Of a stretch of 62,494 bases of DNA, positions 18,295-29,306 are shown piece after piece; position 1 is the stretch's first letter; each line of letters begins with the position of its first letter. The translations under genes were made by a program, and so were the position numbers. Origin of the DNA: an uncultured Anaerolinea sp. (lineage in GTDB: Bacteria; Chloroflexota; Anaerolineae; Anaerolineales; Villigracilaceae). Under the pieces are notes generated by a model. The model was not told the origin of the DNA. It ran no database searches and was given only the letters and a program-made list of their open reading frames with translations. Where the stretch lies: contig CAZQES010000001.1 in assembly GCA_964591425.1 (NCBI GenBank), forward strand, positions 4,353 to 66,846, given 5' to 3'.

Positions 18295-19267
18295 GCAAAG
18301 GCACCACCGGGATGGGAATGCGATCAAGGATCTTGTTCAGCAAAATATCGCCCGTCACATTTTCGGAGAGGGCTTCATACGACAACACGATGCGATGACG
18401 CATCACATCGAGAGCCATATCCAGCACATCCTGCGGCAGGGCGTAGTTGCGTCCGCGCACGAAGGCAAGCGCGCGACCCGTAAGGATCAAGTTGATCGAA
18501 GCGCGCGGGCTTGCGCCGAACATGATGTAGCGTTCGAGTTCCTTCAAGCCCACCTCGGAGGGTTTGCGCGTGGCGGTCACCATGCGGACGGCGTATTCCA
18601 TCAACGCAGGGTCGACATACACTTTATCCACCTGTTTTTGCAGGGCGACCAGTTGATCGGTGGTCAACACATTCTGCACGGCTTGCAGGGCGGCGGTCAT
18701 CCGCTCCACGATGACGAACTCCTCCGTCGAGGTGGGGTAACCAACCATAACCTTGAGCATGAAGCGGTCCACTTGCGCTTCGGGCAACGCGTACGTGCCT
18801 TCCGTCTCGATGGGATTCTGCGTCGCCAACACCAAAAACGGATTCGGTACTTTGTGCGTCTCGCGCCCGATGGTGACCTGTCGCTCTTGCATTACTTCGA
18901 GCAAGGCGCTCTGCACTTTGGCAGGCGCGCGATTGATCTCATCAGCCAGTAACAGATTCGTGAATACAGGACCCAATGATGTTTCGAACTTGCCTGTCTT
19001 CTGGTTGTAGATGCGCGTGCCGATCAGATCGGCGGGGACAAGGTCGGGCGTGAATTGGATGCGTTTGAATTCGCCGCCGATAGATTCAGCCAGTGTTTTG
19101 ATCGCCATCGTCTTCGCCAGCCCCGGCACGCCTTCGACGAGGATGTGTCCGCGCGCCAGTAATGCCACGATCATCCGTTCAAGTAAATGATCTTGCCCGA
19201 CGATGACCTTCTTCACTTCATATAATACTTTTTCCATCGGTGTTCGGTTTTCAGAAGTTTGTGCCAT
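18263..19267 (-). CDS. moxR: MoxR-family AAA+ ATPase
   Basis: GVPGLAKT, RIQFTPDL, LADEINRAPAKVQSALLE, ATQNPIE. Confidence 0.96.
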   Translation of the reverse strand: MAQTSENRTPMEKVLYEVKKVIVGQDHLLERMIVALLARGHILVEGVPGLAKTMAIKTLAESIGGEFKRIQFTPDLVPADLIGTRIYNQKTGKFETSLGPVFTNLLLADEINRAPAKVQSALLEVMQERQVTIGRETHKVPNPFLVLATQNPIETEGTYALPEAQVDRFMLKVMVGYPTSTEEFVIVERMTAALQAVQNVLTTDQLVALQKQVDKVYVDPALMEYAVRMVTATRKPSEVGLKELERYIMFGASPRASINLILTGRALAFVRGRNYALPQDVLDMALDVMRHRIVLSYEALSENVTGDILLNKILDRIPIPVVPLHEHVNVGSNA

Positions 19268-19305
19268 GAAATTCTCCAATCGCATTTTATACAATTTCAA
19301 CTATT

Positions 19306-19356
19306 GGTGGTTTCGATACGCCCTTCGCAAACCCCTCTCAGGGCTACTCAACCACC
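19306..19356. repeat. REP-like family B, single unit
   Basis: GGTGGTTTCGATACG..hairpin..CTACTCAACCACC. Confidence 0.85.
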
Positions 19357-19447
19357 ATTCAGTAATAATTCTCCACTTCTCCCAATTCTCAACCCTCTCG
19401 ATCTCTCATCTCCAGTCACTATTCACAAATTACCATGTACCAATTAC

Positions 19448-20269
19448 TCAGTATGGCGGCGAACCCATCCCGCCGGTCGCTGTCCCGATCGGCACCGCGA
19501 ATCCGATTCCCACAAAGAAGCTTTCATCGGTCGGGTTGACGATTCCCGTGACGATCCCAACCACATGACCATCTCGATTCAACAACGGACCGCCCGAATT
19601 GCCGGGGTTTGCCGCCGCGTCGAATTGGATCAGACCCTGGATGATCAATTCAGAGCCTTGCGGCTGAAACGTGCGATTGAATCCAGAGATCACGCCCGCG
19701 CTCATCGAACTATACAAACCGAACGGGTTGCCCACCACGTACGCTTCATCGCCAATGCGCATCGCGCCCGGGTTCCCCAGCGTGGCTGGGTACCACTCAC
19801 GCGGCAGTTGTAAAGGCTGCAACACCGCGATATCGATCTCAGGCTGTTCCAAGATCACCTGCCCCTCGGTATGTGTGCCATCCGCAAAGGTGATCGCGAT
19901 CTTTTGCGCGCCTGCCACCACATGCAGGCTGGTGAGTATCTGACCAAAGTCGTTGACGATCACACCGCTTCCCAAACTTTTTTCCGTTCCGCCGTTGCCG
20001 TTGTCAGATTCGACCTGAATTAAAACCAACGAGGGTTGTATCGCCTGATACACATCCGCTGAGAAAGCGGGGCGCGGCGTGGCAGAGGCAAGCGCGCTTG
20101 CCACCACAGCATTCACTTCTTTAATGGATAATTGGTTTGCGGGGAAAAGAAAATTGTACAAAAAGAACGCGAGGAACGCGGCAAGCACACCCGCTGCGAA
20201 TGGAAACACTCCCTTCACACGATCCCGTAACCGCTTTCTTTCTACTGGGTTCGGCTCGTTCATCTTCAT
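19448..20269 (-). CDS. Membrane-anchored trypsin-like (HtrA-type, PDZ-less) serine protease
   Basis: LTSLHVV, DIAVL, GNSGGPL catalytic triad. Confidence 0.92.
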   Translation of the reverse strand: MKMNEPNPVERKRLRDRVKGVFPFAAGVLAAFLAFFLYNFLFPANQLSIKEVNAVVASALASATPRPAFSADVYQAIQPSLVLIQVESDNGNGGTEKSLGSGVIVNDFGQILTSLHVVAGAQKIAITFADGTHTEGQVILEQPEIDIAVLQPLQLPREWYPATLGNPGAMRIGDEAYVVGNPFGLYSSMSAGVISGFNRTFQPQGSELIIQGLIQFDAAANPGNSGGPLLNRDGHVVGIVTGIVNPTDESFFVGIGFAVPIGTATGGMGSPPY

Positions 20270-20341
20270 GCCATTATACAGGCAGACGTTTCCAAGACTA
20301 AAAAACTAACCATACTCTTAAACGCTTGTTACAATTGGCAC

Positions 20342-21514
20342 ATGCAACGGGTTGAAGAAATTGTGAAGATGTATCAAGACACTTTCAACGCTGAACCGGC
20401 TCACATTGCGCGCGCGCCCGGTCGGGTAAATCTGCTTGGCGAGCATGTGGATTACAACGATGGATTCGTCCTGCCCGCCGCGATCGACCGCGCCACGTAC
20501 ATTGCTTTCTCGCCTTCAGAAACGGTTCACTCCTCCATTTTTGCTGTGGACCTGAACCAGCGGGCTTTTTTCTCCCCTCGAACGATTGCGACAAAAACCC
20601 AAACCGAATCAACCCCTCTCCCCGATTGGGCGCATTATCCCGCGGGTGTGATGTGGAGTTTACTCGAGGAACACCTCGAAGTCCGCGCGATGAACGCGGT
20701 CTTCGCATCGGATGTGCCGCGCGGCGCGGGGTTGAGTTCCTCCGCTTCGGTGGAGATGGCATTTACCATCGCGTGGCAAACCCTCGGCGGGTGGACTCTC
20801 CCACCGATGCAACTTGCGTTGCTCGCGCAACGAGCCGAGAATCAATACGTCGGCGTAAAGAGCGGCATCATGGATCAGTTCGCGTCGGCTTGCGGCATGG
20901 AGGTAAGAGTGCTCATACTCGATTGTCGTTCACTAGAATGGAAGACACTGCCCCTGCCGAATCATGTTTCGATCGTAATCGCGGATACGTCCGTGCGGCG
21001 CAAATTGACTTCAGGCGAATACAACAAACGCCGCGCGGCATGCGAGGAAGCAGTGACTTTGTTGCAACGGCACATGCCGGAAATCAAGTCACTGCGGGAT
21101 GTGAGTGCGGAGGATTTGAATCGTTTTGGGAAGGATCTTCCACGCGAGGTTGGGATGAGAGCGCGTCACGTGGTGGAGGAGATCGCGAGGGTGAAGCAGG
21201 CGGAACGGTCGCTTGAAGCGGGTGACATCACAGCCTTTGGCAGGTTGATGAATGAGTGTCACGTCAGCCTGCGCGATTTATACGAAGTATCCTGCCCCGA
21301 ACTGGATGCGATGACCCGCATCGCGCAATCACTCGATGGTTGTTACGGCGCGCGGCTCACCGGCGCAGGCTTTGGCGGTTGCACGGTGAATCTGGTCGAA
21401 AAGAGTTTTGCCGAAGAATTTTCAAGCGCGCTCGCCATGAAATATCAAGCCGAGACTTCCCTCGCGCCTGAAGTTTTCATCACCCGCCCGTCAGCAGGCG
21501 CGTCGTTGCTCTGA
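20342..21514 (+). CDS. galK: Galactokinase
   Basis: APGRVNLLGEHVDYNDG, GAGLSSSAS, GARLTGAGFGG. Confidence 0.97.
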   Translation: MQRVEEIVKMYQDTFNAEPAHIARAPGRVNLLGEHVDYNDGFVLPAAIDRATYIAFSPSETVHSSIFAVDLNQRAFFSPRTIATKTQTESTPLPDWAHYPAGVMWSLLEEHLEVRAMNAVFASDVPRGAGLSSSASVEMAFTIAWQTLGGWTLPPMQLALLAQRAENQYVGVKSGIMDQFASACGMEVRVLILDCRSLEWKTLPLPNHVSIVIADTSVRRKLTSGEYNKRRAACEEAVTLLQRHMPEIKSLRDVSAEDLNRFGKDLPREVGMRARHVVEEIARVKQAERSLEAGDITAFGRLMNECHVSLRDLYEVSCPELDAMTRIAQSLDGCYGARLTGAGFGGCTVNLVEKSFAEEFSSALAMKYQAETSLAPEVFITRPSAGASLL

Positions 21515-21586
21515 TAAATCCATCTTATTTCACGATGGTACGCAACCTTGATGCAGTGCAACTGTATCAAGAACCAAAGGCGCTCC

Positions 21587-22804
21587 TCACTTCTTTTTCT
21601 GCTGGTAACGCTGGTAGACCCGCTTCCATGCCTCGGTGGGCGATTCAGGTTTTGTTTTTTTGTGAGCCTCTTTGCTGAGGTGAAAAGCGAAATCCTCGAG
21701 TAATGCAGACACGGATTCGTTCGGTTTTTCATGCACAAGGGGCTGCCCTAAATTGATGGCGTCGACGAACAGGTCTTTCACGTAGGGAATCGTGGCGAGC
21801 GCCGGCGTCCGAACCGCGGCTTCGATCTTTTCTTTCGTCAGGCTGGATTGGGGAAAGGGCGCGCTCAAGACAAGTTTGACCTTTTCTTTTTCGTATCCGA
21901 GTTTTTCGTAGGTATCCAACGCGGCGATGACGGCGCGAATGGAAGCCATATCCGGCGAGGCGACCAGCAGGATCACATCGGCAACATCCAGCGCTTGAAT
22001 GGAAAGGTCGCTGAAATCGTGCGGCAGGTCGGCGATCACGTAATGATATTGATTCTTGATCAAATTCAACGCGGCGCCGAGCGTTTCTCCGCGCAGTGTT
22101 TCGGCTTCTGCTGGGAAGGTCGGTGCGGCGATGAAGTGCAACCCGCTTTCGTGATTGCCAATGATCGAGCCCAGCGCATCCGAATCCAATTCGCCGCCGG
22201 ATAGATGCGCCACGTCTGCCCACGTGCGCTTGAGGGTCATGTTGAGCATGAGCGCCACCTGCCCGGCGGTCATGGTGAGATCGAGCAAGATGGACGGTTC
22301 GCGCCACAGGGAGGCAAACCCAACGCCGAGATTGACAGCCAACGTGGAGCAACCGGTCCCGCCGCGCAGGCTGTGGACAGCGATGATACGCGCCTGCTCG
22401 CCGGTGGACGATTGCATACTGGAGGTTTTGACAGCTTCGACCCGGCGGAGAAGCGCTTGCACCCTGCCCACCAATTCGGCGGCTTCGAAAGGTTTGGTGA
22501 GGTGATCGTCCGCGCCCGCTTCGAACGACTTCAACTTATCCTGCAAGCCCGATTGCGCGGTGAGCACGAGGATGGGGGTCGCGGCAAATTGAGGGTCGCG
22601 GCGCAGTGTGCGCGTGACCTCATAGCCATTCGCATCGGGCATCATGACATCGGTGATGATGATATCGGGTTTGACGCCTCGCGCCTGGGCGATGCCGGTC
22701 TTGCCGTTATCGGCGAAATGGATCTCCCACTGAAGCGGCGCAAGCGCGCGCGCCACCAGCTGGTGATTGATCGGTTCGTCGTCAATTACAAGGATGCGAG
22801 TCAT
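21587..22804 (-). CDS. Response regulator fused to CpaE/TadZ (MinD-like) domain
   Basis: Intact REC (DDE, DVMMP, KPF); deviant Walker A SLRGGTGCST. Confidence 0.88.
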   Translation of the reverse strand: MTRILVIDDEPINHQLVARALAPLQWEIHFADNGKTGIAQARGVKPDIIITDVMMPDANGYEVTRTLRRDPQFAATPILVLTAQSGLQDKLKSFEAGADDHLTKPFEAAELVGRVQALLRRVEAVKTSSMQSSTGEQARIIAVHSLRGGTGCSTLAVNLGVGFASLWREPSILLDLTMTAGQVALMLNMTLKRTWADVAHLSGGELDSDALGSIIGNHESGLHFIAAPTFPAEAETLRGETLGAALNLIKNQYHYVIADLPHDFSDLSIQALDVADVILLVASPDMASIRAVIAALDTYEKLGYEKEKVKLVLSAPFPQSSLTKEKIEAAVRTPALATIPYVKDLFVDAINLGQPLVHEKPNESVSALLEDFAFHLSKEAHKKTKPESPTEAWKRVYQRYQQKKK

Positions 22805-22834
22805 GTTCTCTCCTAATCATTTAGTAACTTACCT

Positions 22835-22953
22835 TACGCGCCTTCAATCCCGAAGGGATGACATGCTTTCACGTAAATCCTATGACACCCCTTCGGGTTG
22901 GTTCGCCTATTCGTTGCAAATCTATAATCATGTCACTCCTTCGGAGTTGTAAC
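22835..22953. repeat. Dispersed MITE/REP-like element G, copy 1
   Basis: TTACGC.CCTTCAATCCCGAAGGGATGAC...CACTCCTTCGGAGTTGT; collinear with 60215-60355. Confidence 0.9.
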
Positions 22954-23041
22954 CGTCTTTTTTTCGCGAGCAGTAGTACTGCGAGCGGGACGCAGTGCAA
23001 CTGCATCCCGAACAGGGCGAGTCATGTTCTCTCCTTATTGT

Positions 23042-26000
23042 TTAGTAGCCATGCTCCGACAGGAAGGCTTCGACGCGTTGGGCTTCCGCCTCCAATTGCG
23101 TAACGAGCGACGGCGCGGAGGTTAGGTCTTCGCGTTTGCAGAGCTCTTCGAGATGAAGGGCGATGTCTGATAACGGGTTGGCGCTGAAATTCAATGAAAC
23201 GCCTTTGAGGTTGTGTGCGAGCCGGGCAAGTTGATTCGCATCGCCCGCCTGCATGGCATGTTGAATTTCTTTCACACGGTCGAGCAGGTGACCTTTGTAT
23301 TCCTTGAACATTTCCGTCATGAATTCGCGGTCGCCTTCGAAGCGGCGCAACGCGGCATCGAAATCAACCGGGGAGGCGTCGGTGTGCACAACGAAGGTCG
23401 ACGCTGGCGAAGCAACCGTCCCGGTGAACGAAGCGGGAGGTTCGGTCTCGCCGAACAATCCCTCGCCCATGGATTCAACGAACGCGCTCTGGTCGTGCGA
23501 ATAATCCTGAACCGGTTCGAACGCTTCTTTCCGATCCACAGGCAGTTGAGTCCAGCGATCCAACGCGCTGAACAACACTTTCGGTTCAAGCGGCTTGGTG
23601 ACGTAATCGTCCATGCCAGCCGCGAGACAGCGTTCGCGGTCGCCCTGCATGGCATGGGCGGTCATGGCGATGATGGGGATGTGCCCTCCGGTTTCCTTTT
23701 CGAGTTCGCGAATTTGCTGGGTGGCTTCCAAACCGTCCAATTCGGGCATCTGCACATCCATGAGCACCGAGTTGTATTGCTGGGTGCGAACTTTTTGCAC
23801 AGCCTGCGCGCCGTTATCTACCGCATCCACGGAATACCCGGCTTTTTGCAACAAGATAATCGCCAGTTTTTGATTGATCGGGTTGTCTTCCGCGAGCAAG
23901 ATTCGCAAGCCCAACTTTCGTTGTTCAGAGAGCACGTGCCGCGTGATCAGCCCGGGTTCGCTGTCTTCTTCGCGGTTCAGCACGGCAATAATGGCATCGA
24001 AGAGCATCTGCTGTTTTACAGGTTTGAGCAAATAACCGGAACAACCCAGTGATTCCATATGAGCGGCATCGCCGCGCTGACCCATGGAAGTGAGGATGAG
24101 GATCTTTACTTCCTTCACTGCCGGGTCGCTCTTGATGGCGCGGGCGGTCTGTTCGCCGTCCATGCCGGGCATTTGCATGTCGAGCAAGACCACATGAAAC
24201 GGATCGCGGGCGCGATGGGCATTGCGCAGAATCTCCAATGCCTTTGCACCGCTGGAGACCGCTTCCACCCGTGAGCCGAGCGCTTCTACGTTTTTCGTCA
24301 ACACCATGCGGTTGGTCTGGTTGTCATCCACGATGAGGATGCGCGCCTGAGTCAAATTGACGGGACCCAGCGTAAGTGGTCCGGTGACCGGCTTTTTGCG
24401 CGGCTGTTTTTCGAAGGTGAGATCGAACCAGAAGGTGCTTCCGATACCGGGCGAACTCTCCACCCCGATTCTTCCGCCCATCGCCTCGACCAATTGGCGG
24501 CTGATCGCCAGCCCCAAGCCTGTGCCGCCATATTTGCGCGTGGTCGAGCCGTCTGCCTGCGTGAAACGGTCGAAGACCGCTCCCTGTCGTTCGACGGGAA
24601 TGCCGATGCCGGTATCTTGCACCGCAAAATGGACGACCGTGTGCGTTTCGGTCTCTTGCATGGCTTCCGCGCGAATCACCACTTCACCCTGATGCGTGAA
24701 TTTGATCGCATTGCCGACCAGGTTGACAAGGATCTGGCGCAAACGCCCCGGATCCCCTCGCAGATCCGTGCTGATATCCGGATGGATCAAACACGCCAGC
24801 TCAAGACCTTTATCCTGCGCCCTCTTCGCGAGCGTGTACGCCACATCTTCGACCGCGTTGCGGAGGCTGAAATTAATGCTTTCGAATTCGAGCCTGCCCG
24901 CTTCGATCTTGGAGAAATCCAAAATATCGTTCAACAGCGTGAGCAAAGCCTCCGCGCTTTGCAGGGAAGTTTGCAGGTAATCGCGCTGTTCGGAGGTGAG
25001 TTGGGTATCGAGCGCCAGCTCCAACATGCCGATCACGCCGTTCATCGGCGTGCGGATCTCGTGACTCATGTTGGCGAGGAACTCGCTCTTCGTGCGGCTC
25101 GACTCCTCGGCTTGCTTGCGGGCTTTAACTAGTTCGGAAATATCGTGGTAGATCGCGAGCGCGCCTACCTTTTCGCCTGCCACCATCACCGGCACCCCGA
25201 GAATCTCCACCTCAACCAACGAATGGTCCTTGCGACGACGTTTGCCGAATGCATGCACTGTGGATTTCATGACCTGACGCGTATACTCCCGAGCCTCGGC
25301 ATGAGTCTCGTCTGTGGTGATCAGCGTATCGATCAGAACCCCTCGGATCTCGTCCTCTTTGTATCCGTACAACCCTTCGAACGCGGGGTTGCATGAAACG
25401 ATCTTCTCCTCGTTATCGAGGACGACGATGGCGGCGGGGCTATTCTGAACCAGCGATTCAAAGAATTCCTTCTGGCGCATCAGTTCCGCGCGCACCTTGC
25501 GTCGTTCGGTAATGTCGTGGAAGATGAAGAATTTTTTTTGTGCCTCACCCTCACCACCCAGCAAAAATGTGTTCACCTCGTAAATACGCCCAAACAAAGT
25601 AAGTTCGTGATGAACGTTGTCCATTCCCGGCAGGTCACCCAACTCGCGGATTCCGAGAAGTTCAGCCAGAGGCTTTCCGATCACACGATGGAACGGGAGA
25701 TTCAAGCGGTCTACCACGGCGTGATTACATCTCAGCACGCGACCTTCCGAGTCGGTCATGAATAACAGATCGGAGAACGAATCGAAGATCGCTTCCCATT
25801 CCTTCTTGCCGTGAGAGATCGTCTCTGAAAGACTCTTTTGCAACCCAAACAATCCGCCCAAAAACCCCAACATGATCGGGGCAAGGTCAACGACAAAGAT
25901 GATCGGTTCGGTTCTATGGATGTAGAGAAAAGCCCAAAGCGAGAGAGGCAGACTATTCTTGTCGAATTCGAGCCAGAGACCAACGATCAAGAACACGAGA

Positions 26001-26059
26001 CCCCCGAGGAATCCGACAATGGCAAATCTTAGTACTGAACGATTTTTTAGCCAGCCCAT
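23042..26059 (-). CDS. Hybrid sensor kinase (TM-PAS-PAS-HisKA-HATPase-REC-REC-Hpt)
   Basis: [21 protein letters not shown], two receivers, AHNLKG Hpt; GGAGG RBS before ATG 26059. Confidence 0.95.
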   Translation of the reverse strand: MGWLKNRSVLRFAIVGFLGGLVFLIVGLWLEFDKNSLPLSLWAFLYIHRTEPIIFVVDLAPIMLGFLGGLFGLQKSLSETISHGKKEWEAIFDSFSDLLFMTDSEGRVLRCNHAVVDRLNLPFHRVIGKPLAELLGIRELGDLPGMDNVHHELTLFGRIYEVNTFLLGGEGEAQKKFFIFHDITERRKVRAELMRQKEFFESLVQNSPAAIVVLDNEEKIVSCNPAFEGLYGYKEDEIRGVLIDTLITTDETHAEAREYTRQVMKSTVHAFGKRRRKDHSLVEVEILGVPVMVAGEKVGALAIYHDISELVKARKQAEESSRTKSEFLANMSHEIRTPMNGVIGMLELALDTQLTSEQRDYLQTSLQSAEALLTLLNDILDFSKIEAGRLEFESINFSLRNAVEDVAYTLAKRAQDKGLELACLIHPDISTDLRGDPGRLRQILVNLVGNAIKFTHQGEVVIRAEAMQETETHTVVHFAVQDTGIGIPVERQGAVFDRFTQADGSTTRKYGGTGLGLAISRQLVEAMGGRIGVESSPGIGSTFWFDLTFEKQPRKKPVTGPLTLGPVNLTQARILIVDDNQTNRMVLTKNVEALGSRVEAVSSGAKALEILRNAHRARDPFHVVLLDMQMPGMDGEQTARAIKSDPAVKEVKILILTSMGQRGDAAHMESLGCSGYLLKPVKQQMLFDAIIAVLNREEDSEPGLITRHVLSEQRKLGLRILLAEDNPINQKLAIILLQKAGYSVDAVDNGAQAVQKVRTQQYNSVLMDVQMPELDGLEATQQIRELEKETGGHIPIIAMTAHAMQGDRERCLAAGMDDYVTKPLEPKVLFSALDRWTQLPVDRKEAFEPVQDYSHDQSAFVESMGEGLFGETEPPASFTGTVASPASTFVVHTDASPVDFDAALRRFEGDREFMTEMFKEYKGHLLDRVKEIQHAMQAGDANQLARLAHNLKGVSLNFSANPLSDIALHLEELCKREDLTSAPSLVTQLEAEAQRVEAFLSEHGY

Positions 26060-26212
26060 TGTTTCCTCCGGACACTTGCACAGGCGCGGTGATAAACGAT
26101 CGGGTCGGAGTATAGCACACGATATCTCGCAAAGAGTGCGCGCCTCGCTCGCGCAAACTGGCAAAACCGTTGCAAATAGAAACGACTCCGCGCCGACAGT
26201 TGGAGCGCTCGC

Positions 26213-26977
26213 TCAGCTCGATGGTTCGGTCAGGTACGCGAAAACCGCCTCGAACAAAATGGACAATCCCTTTTGCGCGGGATGCAACTCTTTCGCCATA
26301 CGCCACTCTCCCCCAGAGAGTTGGTCGGCGATGGCGAACAGCGCGGCTCCTGATAAATGATTCGCCTTCGCCACCGCCAGCATCGCCGCGGCTTCCATGT
26401 CCACCGCAAGGACTCCCTGCTGTTGATGCGCAAGCACATCCTTGCGAAGTTCACGAAACGGCGCATCGGTCGTCCATGTGGCGCCGAGGCGGTGAGGATG
26501 ATCTTGTTTCGCGAGGATTTGGCTGACGCCCTGGATCAACTCCGGCGAGGAATCAACGGTTCGATCCGCCGGGAGATAATGTTGTGAAACACCTTCGCCG
26601 CGAATCGCGCTCGATGAAACGACTAGACTACCGGTCGTCAATTCGGGTTGCAGTCCGCCTGCCATGCCGACCAACACGAATTGCTTTACGCCAAGCGCGG
26701 CGAATTCATCGGTCAACCCGCCAATGACCGGCGAACCGATGCCAAAATTAGTTGAGAGGGCGATCTGTCCGTTCGTGCGTTTGAGGAGATAAAACTCACC
26801 CAAGAAACCTTTGATTCGTTTTACAGAATGGTTACGCAAAACATAATCCGCCAGACTTTTTTGCGGGGCGAAGATCACGGCACGCGGCGCGGAGAAATCG
26901 GGCAATTGTCCGTTGGCGCGGCGGTAGGCGAGGAGGGCGGCGGGAGTGAGGATGGGGGTGTTTGAGGAAGAAGGCAT
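26213..26977 (-). CDS. Nucleoside phosphorylase (PNP/UDP family)
   Basis: GIGSP, RGEGVSQHY, WTTDAPFRE, AVDMEAAA. Confidence 0.9.
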   Translation of the reverse strand: MPSSSNTPILTPAALLAYRRANGQLPDFSAPRAVIFAPQKSLADYVLRNHSVKRIKGFLGEFYLLKRTNGQIALSTNFGIGSPVIGGLTDEFAALGVKQFVLVGMAGGLQPELTTGSLVVSSSAIRGEGVSQHYLPADRTVDSSPELIQGVSQILAKQDHPHRLGATWTTDAPFRELRKDVLAHQQQGVLAVDMEAAAMLAVAKANHLSGAALFAIADQLSGGEWRMAKELHPAQKGLSILFEAVFAYLTEPSS

Positions 26978-27059
26978 GTTCGCAAGTTTCAAGTTATGAG
27001 TGATCAGTATCAGTGGAAGTCTATGGTGTGTGTTCGTGAGTTGAAGATTTCTTCGTCGG

Positions 27060-28220
27060 TTATCGTCTCCTCGCAATGACAAAGATAGTCGCCTGTATTA
27101 TCTCACCAACCAATGCGGCGTAGATAGCGCCAAGGAGCTCGAATTGCAAAATCATCAAAGGATACAACGCGAAAAATATTCCAAGCGATATTGCTGTTGC
27201 CTTCACAAGAGTCTTTTCTTGTCCGCGGGCGATGAGGTCGTAGGAGATGAAGGAGGAAACGGTGTACGGAATCAAACTCCAGCCCAGCAGTGACAACAAT
27301 GGAATTGCGGAGGTGAAGTTTTCTCCGTAGAGAATCAGAATAATTGCTCGCGGAAACACGGAAAGCAGAATTGCCATCAACAATGTCGAGCCGATGAGTA
27401 AGGCAAACCCTTTACGAAAACTTTGTTTTGATTCGTGCGTGCCGCGCGAGATGACGGGGAGTAGTGCGCCGAGGATGGCGTAATGCCCAAGTTTGAGCCC
27501 GTCTACCACGCGGGCGACGGAGGAAAAAATTCCAGTAGCCGAGTCGCCGAGGAGAGCGGAGACAGTGAGCACGCCGAGGCGTTGTGAGAGGACGAGGAGA
27601 ATCGTCAGCGCGGCGAAGGGGAGGGTCAATTTGAAGAGTTGACGAGGGTCAACGAGCGGGAACAGTTTGAACGTCGGAAGTGAAGCGGTGCAGACGAAGT
27701 AGGAAAACGCAGCGGTGAGAATTTGCCCAAGGAGGAGAAAAAGGCAGAGAGTCCATAAATCTGATGAAAACAAAGCCGCGCTGAGTTGAACAAGTCCGTT
27801 GGCGAGGCTGAGAGACCAGACCAGATCCATGCGTTCGAACGCGCGGAGGGTCGCGGTGGCAACGGAAAAAATGGAAAGTGGAATGAGGGAAAGAGAATAG
27901 AGGAGCAGTGGAGAATTGGGCTCGAGGCTGAGAGTGACGAGAACCCAAAAGGCGGAAAGTAGAATTTGCAAGCCGAGCGCGCGCGGTACGAGCGGAACGA
28001 TCTGTCGAGTCCGCGCCACTTCGCGGACGATGTAAGTGTCGGTGCCGAAGTTGGTGACGGTGTTGCCGAGGAGGATGACCGCGGCGATAAATGTAAATTG
28101 CCCGAAGGATTCGATGTCGAGGCGGCGGGCTAGGAGGGCGATGAAGAGAATCGCAAGCGCTTGCGCGGAAAGGCGGGCGAGGAGGAGGTAGACGGAGTTG
28201 CGCTGGAGTCGGGAAATCAT
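27060..28220 (-). CDS. Wzx-like oligosaccharide flippase
   Basis: Multiple TM helices; N-terminal RNSVYLLLAR..FGQF pattern. Confidence 0.85.
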   Translation of the reverse strand: MISRLQRNSVYLLLARLSAQALAILFIALLARRLDIESFGQFTFIAAVILLGNTVTNFGTDTYIVREVARTRQIVPLVPRALGLQILLSAFWVLVTLSLEPNSPLLLYSLSLIPLSIFSVATATLRAFERMDLVWSLSLANGLVQLSAALFSSDLWTLCLFLLLGQILTAAFSYFVCTASLPTFKLFPLVDPRQLFKLTLPFAALTILLVLSQRLGVLTVSALLGDSATGIFSSVARVVDGLKLGHYAILGALLPVISRGTHESKQSFRKGFALLIGSTLLMAILLSVFPRAIILILYGENFTSAIPLLSLLGWSLIPYTVSSFISYDLIARGQEKTLVKATAISLGIFFALYPLMILQFELLGAIYAALVGEIIQATIFVIARRR

Positions 28221-28221
28221 C

Positions 28222-28317
28222 TAACCACAAATGCTTGGACTGAGCCAGTCGAAGTGACCCGAAGGGCACAAAGTTTAAAGGCTTTAAACCTTCGTGACCT
28301 TTGTGTCCTTCGTGGTA
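28222..28317. repeat. ACCAC.AAG/CTTCGTGGT 9-mer-based inverted repeat with inserted hairpin
   Basis: AACCACAAA[..]GACCCGAAGGGCACAAAG...CTTTGTGTCCTTCGTGGT. Confidence 0.7.
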
Positions 28318-28324
28318 AAGGCTT

Positions 28325-29137
28325 TTATCTTTGACGGAGAGTCACTATTGTGAAATCACCCCAAAATTTAAACGGATATATCGACTCAACTGCATCATCG
28401 AGCTTGCTCAGAAATTCAAACATGCGCGGACGTTTGAGCGCGAAGTCCTTGTTCGTGGCGGGAGGCGTGATGACCGAAAGCGCGCGAACCGATTCGAGTT
28501 GAAAGCCACTCCCCCACGCCTGCGCGACCTGTTTGGGAGTGTAGTAGTAAACGGGATAATTCAATCCTTCCTTGAAGACCGTTGACTTGCCCGAAAAGCG
28601 GCGCGTGGCGAGTTTGAATCGTCCTCGCAGGAGCATGGCAGATTCCCACAGGCAGAACGGCGGCATGAGCGCCCAGACCACGCGCGCGTTCGCTTTGAGC
28701 AACGGGCGAACTTGCTCGGCAACAAATTTCAAATCAGAAACACAATTCAACCCGCCGAAATTGGAGAACGTGCAATCGAATTGATCCTTTTCCAGTTTCG
28801 CAAGATCGGTGTAGGAAAGATGCTCGAACGTAACGCGGGATTCTAGCCCGAGCCGTTTCGCCTTTTCATTGGCACGGTTCAACATGCCGTCGGAAATATC
28901 CACACCGTGGACAGTGTATCCGTGCTGGGCGAACCAGAACGCGTCCGTGCCTGTGCCGCACGCGAGATCCAAAATTCGAGAACCTTGGGGAAGCAACGCG
29001 TTGACGTGCGCATACACCTTGTGCCGCATCCGCTGGAGGTTGGGGTTGTTCTCGATGAACTCGTCGTATTTGTCCGCGTTGCGGTTGTAGGCTTCGGCGA
29101 CGGTTTCGAAGGATGTGCCAATTACGTTATTCGCCAT
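28325..29137 (-). CDS. Class I SAM-dependent methyltransferase
   Basis: ILDLACGTGTDA, GVDISDGML, FSNFGGLNC. Confidence 0.92.
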   Translation of the reverse strand: MANNVIGTSFETVAEAYNRNADKYDEFIENNPNLQRMRHKVYAHVNALLPQGSRILDLACGTGTDAFWFAQHGYTVHGVDISDGMLNRANEKAKRLGLESRVTFEHLSYTDLAKLEKDQFDCTFSNFGGLNCVSDLKFVAEQVRPLLKANARVVWALMPPFCLWESAMLLRGRFKLATRRFSGKSTVFKEGLNYPVYYYTPKQVAQAWGSGFQLESVRALSVITPPATNKDFALKRPRMFEFLSKLDDAVESIYPFKFWGDFTIVTLRQR

Positions 29138-29163
29138 TTTGCTCCTAGTATTCATTCAAAATC

Positions 29164-29298
29164 GTTGGTTGAGTAGGCGGCATTTGTCCGCGTATCGAAA
29201 CCAACCGGTGACAGGAGAACATCTTGTTAGATTAGTCTCGTTGGTTAGCGGTGGTTTCGATACGCCCTCGGCTATCGCGTCGGGCTACTCAACCACCG
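29164..29298. repeat. REP-like family B, inverted doublet
   Basis: GGTTGAGTAG..TATCGAAACC / GGTTTCGATAC..CTACTCAACC. Confidence 0.87.
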
Positions 29299-29306
29299 AG
29301 AATTAC

